Source of the DNA: Paraspadella gotoi
Taxonomy: Eukaryota > Animalia > Chaetognatha
NCBI GenBank assembly: GCA_051294375.1
Contig: CM119271.1
Coordinates: 6,511,632 to 6,575,631 of the forward strand
Length of the DNA stretch: 64,000 bases
Direction of reading: 5' to 3'
The notes under the pieces: generated by a model
Seen by the model: the letters and a program-made list of their open reading frames with translations, nothing else
Told to the model about the DNA's origin: nothing
Databases searched by the model: none
Position numbers and translations under genes: made by a program
Part shown: piece after piece, positions 60,827 to 64,000 of the stretch
Layout of the letters: every line of letters starts with the position of its first letter
Position numbering within the stretch: position 1 is the stretch's first letter

Positions 60827-60948
60827 TGTCTCTCGAGGGCAAAGAAAAGAGCTGAATATGACTAAAAGAAAAAATATGTATAATATGGATAATTTTTATA
60901 TTGGTTGTACCAATTTCATTAAACGATAATAATCGAAACGCATTTTTA

Positions 60949-63087
60949 TCACAAATGACGAGATTTTAATCTTTCGCGCAAAGGCAAAGGACTGTCGAGG
61001 GAAAAATCGAGATCTGCGTTGGAAGCAGGTTTAGCGTTTAACTTTGGCGTAGACGAAAAGGAGATCCTTGACGCGAATGCCGGTTCCATTTTTGATGCCG
61101 CGATCGGGCCGGTGCCGACTAATTGAGCCGGAGTTTTTTCTGCCGTAAAGGAATGTTGAAAGCTGAAGTTTCCATAGGATATGTTGAACGAGAGGTTAAT
61201 GTTTTCGTCAATGTCGTTTTCCGGCGCTGAATTTTCTTTCTCCTCTTCCTCCTCTCTCTCCTCCTCTTCATCCTTCAGTTTCCGGTTTGATTCCATCTTT
61301 ATATGAACCTCGTCGACGAAGGAGGTCTCGAGTCGCTTCAAGTCGAGGAAACTCATCCGTCTCTTTCCGGCTACCGGAGGATCTTCTTCCTCACTAGAAG
61401 AAGAACTTATATAAAAAGGCTTCGGCGTCGGGTGTTTCAGTTTCTTATCCTTATCGAGCTCCCCGATCGAATCTCTCGGTTTCATAAACCCAGTTTCCCG
61501 TTTCGCTTTGACACGCGACTTTTTTACATCGACTAATGGAAAAACGTCTTCAAAGACGGCGTCGTCGTCCTCGTAGTTTTTGACGGATTTTATATTTTTC
61601 TTTTCGTTCTCTATAGCTTTGTCTTCATCAGGCGGCACTAAAATTTCTGCCGGATTTTCGTCTCCGTCGCCTGTCTGAAGATTCAATCGCCTCATCGCGT
61701 CCTCAAGCGTCGACTCCGCTTCCGCTTTCTTCTTTGCCTTGACCGGTTTCTTCGCCCCAACTCTGTCTTCAAATTCTCGCGTCATTTCGGGAAAGGCTCG
61801 TCCAAAGTCTCCTAGTGGTTCCATCGTGTGATAGACACATCTTTCTTCCTCGTCCACGGGATCGTCGTCCGAGTGAAACCGGAACCGCGCCCACTCTACC
61901 TCGAAAACCGGAAGCGATTGACGCACTCGCCGCTTGACAATCCTCAGGGGCCGAGTGAGCCCCGGATCGGGTTGACGGAGAGACGGGGTCGTCGCTAAGT
62001 TTCGCCTGATCCAAAGGGCAACGAGCGGAAGGATCTTCGCGACGGAGTAGTTGACCACCCATTCCATCTTGGCGCCGGCAAAAATTATAAAACGATGAGC
62101 GTCGGGACAGGGCCACGGTCGGGTCGAAAGGGATTCGCCGAAAGAATCGAAGAATCGTCGACGCGGAAAGTCGACTTGAAGGAATTCGTCGACGACGCGC
62201 ATGTCGGGGAATCCTTCGACCGACGAGACTTTCTTCGCCAATTGAGTCTCGAGGCGAAGCGTCTCTTCGGACAGCGCGTTCCAGGCGGCGCCACACGCGC
62301 ATCCCGAGTCGCATTTGGGTAGATAATCGTCGGAAACGCAAGGAGTTCGAGTTTTCCACGTCTTGAGGCGAAGAAAGACGCCGTGGGGAGGGAAGGCGGA
62401 GAGGACTTTAAGCGACGAAGCTCTCCCGATGCCTTTGACTCCCGAAGGGAAAAAATCGCAGCCGAGGAAAAGACCCAGCGCGATGAGCTTTTCCTGGTTG
62501 AGCCCGAGAGAATCTCGGATAAAGTCTCGATCGTAAACGTCGATCTCAAGATCCTTCTTGGCGTCGCAGCCGAAGTTTTTGATGACCCTTTTGGCGCCGT
62601 AAAGAAACGCGTCGCCGTCCTCGGTGATGACGCCGTCGACGACGCCGATCTGATTGAGCGCCGCGCAGGCTGCCTCCGCTTCGCCAGGGCTTTGTATCCA
62701 TGGCACTCCGAGAGCGTCTAGCAAGTCGCAGCATTCCTTGAGGACAGATCGAAAACGAGACCGGCCGGTCACTTTTTTCTTGTTCTTGCCGGAATCCGGT
62801 CCTGAGCCGAAACGAGCCTCGTTGCGTCGACGCATTGTCTGCTCTTTGAGGACGGGAGCTTCGCCCTCCACGCAAAAAATTAACTGGACATTATGCTCCA
62901 GAAGTTTGAGAACGCGAAAAAAAATGTTTCGTAGATGCGGCCTTATAACGACTCCATGCATTTGGGTATTCTGCACTTCCACCACCCAGATTGCCAAATC
63001 TACTGCGAGACGCTGACCCGCTAACTGGGAGACGGGAACTTGGCGCGCGCCGGGCCGAAGGATGCTCCAAAGGCCTTTGACGCCCAT
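60949..63087 (-). CDS. GEN1: GEN1 Holliday junction 5' flap endonuclease (XPG/Rad2 family), single exon, 712 aa
   Basis: XPG-N (MGVKGLWSIL..LAVDLAIWVVE..PHLRNIFFR..VEGEAP), XPG-I (GEAEAACAALN..VDGVITEDGDAFLYGA), H2TH (LGCDFFPSGVKGIG), chromodomain-like PLRIVKRRVRQSLPVFEVEW and a disordered tail. Confidence 0.95.
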   Translation of the reverse strand: MGVKGLWSILRPGARQVPVSQLAGQRLAVDLAIWVVEVQNTQMHGVVIRPHLRNIFFRVLKLLEHNVQLIFCVEGEAPVLKEQTMRRRNEARFGSGPDSGKNKKKVTGRSRFRSVLKECCDLLDALGVPWIQSPGEAEAACAALNQIGVVDGVITEDGDAFLYGAKRVIKNFGCDAKKDLEIDVYDRDFIRDSLGLNQEKLIALGLFLGCDFFPSGVKGIGRASSLKVLSAFPPHGVFLRLKTWKTRTPCVSDDYLPKCDSGCACGAAWNALSEETLRLETQLAKKVSSVEGFPDMRVVDEFLQVDFPRRRFFDSFGESLSTRPWPCPDAHRFIIFAGAKMEWVVNYSVAKILPLVALWIRRNLATTPSLRQPDPGLTRPLRIVKRRVRQSLPVFEVEWARFRFHSDDDPVDEEERCVYHTMEPLGDFGRAFPEMTREFEDRVGAKKPVKAKKKAEAESTLEDAMRRLNLQTGDGDENPAEILVPPDEDKAIENEKKNIKSVKNYEDDDAVFEDVFPLVDVKKSRVKAKRETGFMKPRDSIGELDKDKKLKHPTPKPFYISSSSSEEEDPPVAGKRRMSFLDLKRLETSFVDEVHIKMESNRKLKDEEEEREEEEEKENSAPENDIDENINLSFNISYGNFSFQHSFTAEKTPAQLVGTGPIAASKMEPAFASRISFSSTPKLNAKPASNADLDFSLDSPLPLRERLKSRHL

Positions 63088-63233
63088 TATAAAAACAAAG
63101 AGTCATACGGCTTTATTTCTAAAGTATAAAAAAAAACATACCATCGTATTACTACAACTAAAAAACTGCTTGATCGGAGAAGGAATAAATAATATTCGCA
63201 ACAAGATAACAATGATCATCGGATCGATAAAAA

Positions 63234-64000
63234 TCATTTTTTGAAGTTTATAGTATATCCGCCAGAGTTAGGGTCCTGTTGCAGCTGGAAATTTTCCGTA
63301 GACAACCCAAAAGGCTTTAAAACCATATTCCCCAGATCCTTGAGTTTTCCCATCATCTCCGCCTTTAGTTTTTCGTTCTTTTCATTGATTTCCCCGGGCA
63401 GTCTTCGACACGCCTCCACGGCCTCGCGTTGCCGCGGATCCTGCTCCAACACTTTTTGGTAGTCCTCCAAAGCCGACTCTAAATTCTCCAGCTTTTCGTA
63501 AATCTGGGCCCGCCTCAATCGAGCTTTGGTGTACTTGGGGTTGAGCTCGAGCGCCTTGCTGCAGTCGGCAGCGGCCCGTTTTCGCTCCTTCTCTGAATCG
63601 AATTTGAGGCGCACGGCGGCTCGGTTGGCGTAGAGTACGGACCGATCGTCGTCGTACATGAGCGGACAAAGGCGCAGGCCGGCGTCGTACTCGGCCAGGG
63701 CGGAGGCCCACTCGAAGACCTTGAAGTGGTCGTTGCCGCGAGATTTGTGTTGCCTCGCGAAGCGACGGTTTTCCTCTTTCTGCTCCACGGAAAGTCCTTT
63801 CTCCAATTCCGCCAATCTCTCCTCGTCGATGAAAGACGGGTCCGAACGATCCATTTTGTCTTCGTCGTCGGCATCGCCGGCATCGTCAGCGTCGGCAGCA
63901 GCAGCAGCAGTAGCAAAATTGCCGGCGTCTTCTTCGACCTCACGTTTTCTTCCATCTTCTTCGTCCCTGAATCTAGAAAACTCATTCCACGAGGCGCCGT
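63234..64000 (-). CDS. TTC1: Tetratricopeptide repeat protein 1, 5'-partial (frame stays open to the window edge)
   Basis: Acidic N-terminus, three TPRs (KSRGNDHFK..EWASALAEYDAGL; VLYANRAA..DCSKALELNPKY; KARLRRAQIYEKL..ALEDYQKVLEQDP) and the TTC1-type tail EMMGKLKDLGNMVLKPFGLSTENFQLQQDPNSGGYTINF. The frame continues without a stop upstream of Met 63854 to position 64000. No intron in the visible part. Confidence 0.93.
   Translation of the reverse strand, partial: GASWNEFSRFRDEEDGRKREVEEDAGNFATAAAAADADDAGDADDEDKMDRSDPSFIDEERLAELEKGLSVEQKEENRRFARQHKSRGNDHFKVFEWASALAEYDAGLRLCPLMYDDDRSVLYANRAAVRLKFDSEKERKRAAADCSKALELNPKYTKARLRRAQIYEKLENLESALEDYQKVLEQDPRQREAVEACRRLPGEINEKNEKLKAEMMGKLKDLGNMVLKPFGLSTENFQLQQDPNSGGYTINFKK

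Noticed and set aside
58218-62875. Long antisense or alternative-frame ORFs (58218-58991 +, 59762-60352 +, 61769-62359 -, and others)
   Set aside because: Expected shadows of GC3-rich coding sequence in HELZ, the orphan and GEN1; no recognisable motifs.
42920-64000. Prokaryotic or viral origin of the dense same-strand cluster
   Set aside because: Six of the seven genes are recognisable eukaryotic or metazoan families and two contain spliceosomal introns.

Overview
Eukaryotic (invertebrate animal, probably arthropod-like) draft scaffold with six N-gaps, in two sharply different halves. 1-42 kb is microsatellite- and repeat-rich and gene-poor. It holds one multi-exon + strand type II membrane C-type lectin-domain gene (exons 32882-41779, possibly starting at about 3.5-3.8 kb across a 29 kb intron), plus an internally deleted Tc1 element, foldback MITEs, DINE-1/Helentron-like fragments, a solo-LTR-like element and a two-copy SINE-like element with a hammerhead-like core. 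42.9-64 kb holds seven tightly packed genes, all on the - strand: TTC1 (runs off the window), GEN1, an orphan with a MADS-box-like N-terminus, HELZ, EB1/MAPRE, RBM18 and SUGP1. Two spacers are only 146 and 122 nt, with splice-acceptor-like sites just upstream of the start codons, which suggests an operon resolved by trans-splicing. Other leads are a candidate poison exon and a possibly intronised repeat in SUGP1, and an alternative Cys-bearing microexon in the lectin. Exon structures were derived by hand from splice motifs, phase and recalled protein similarity; no database search was run.
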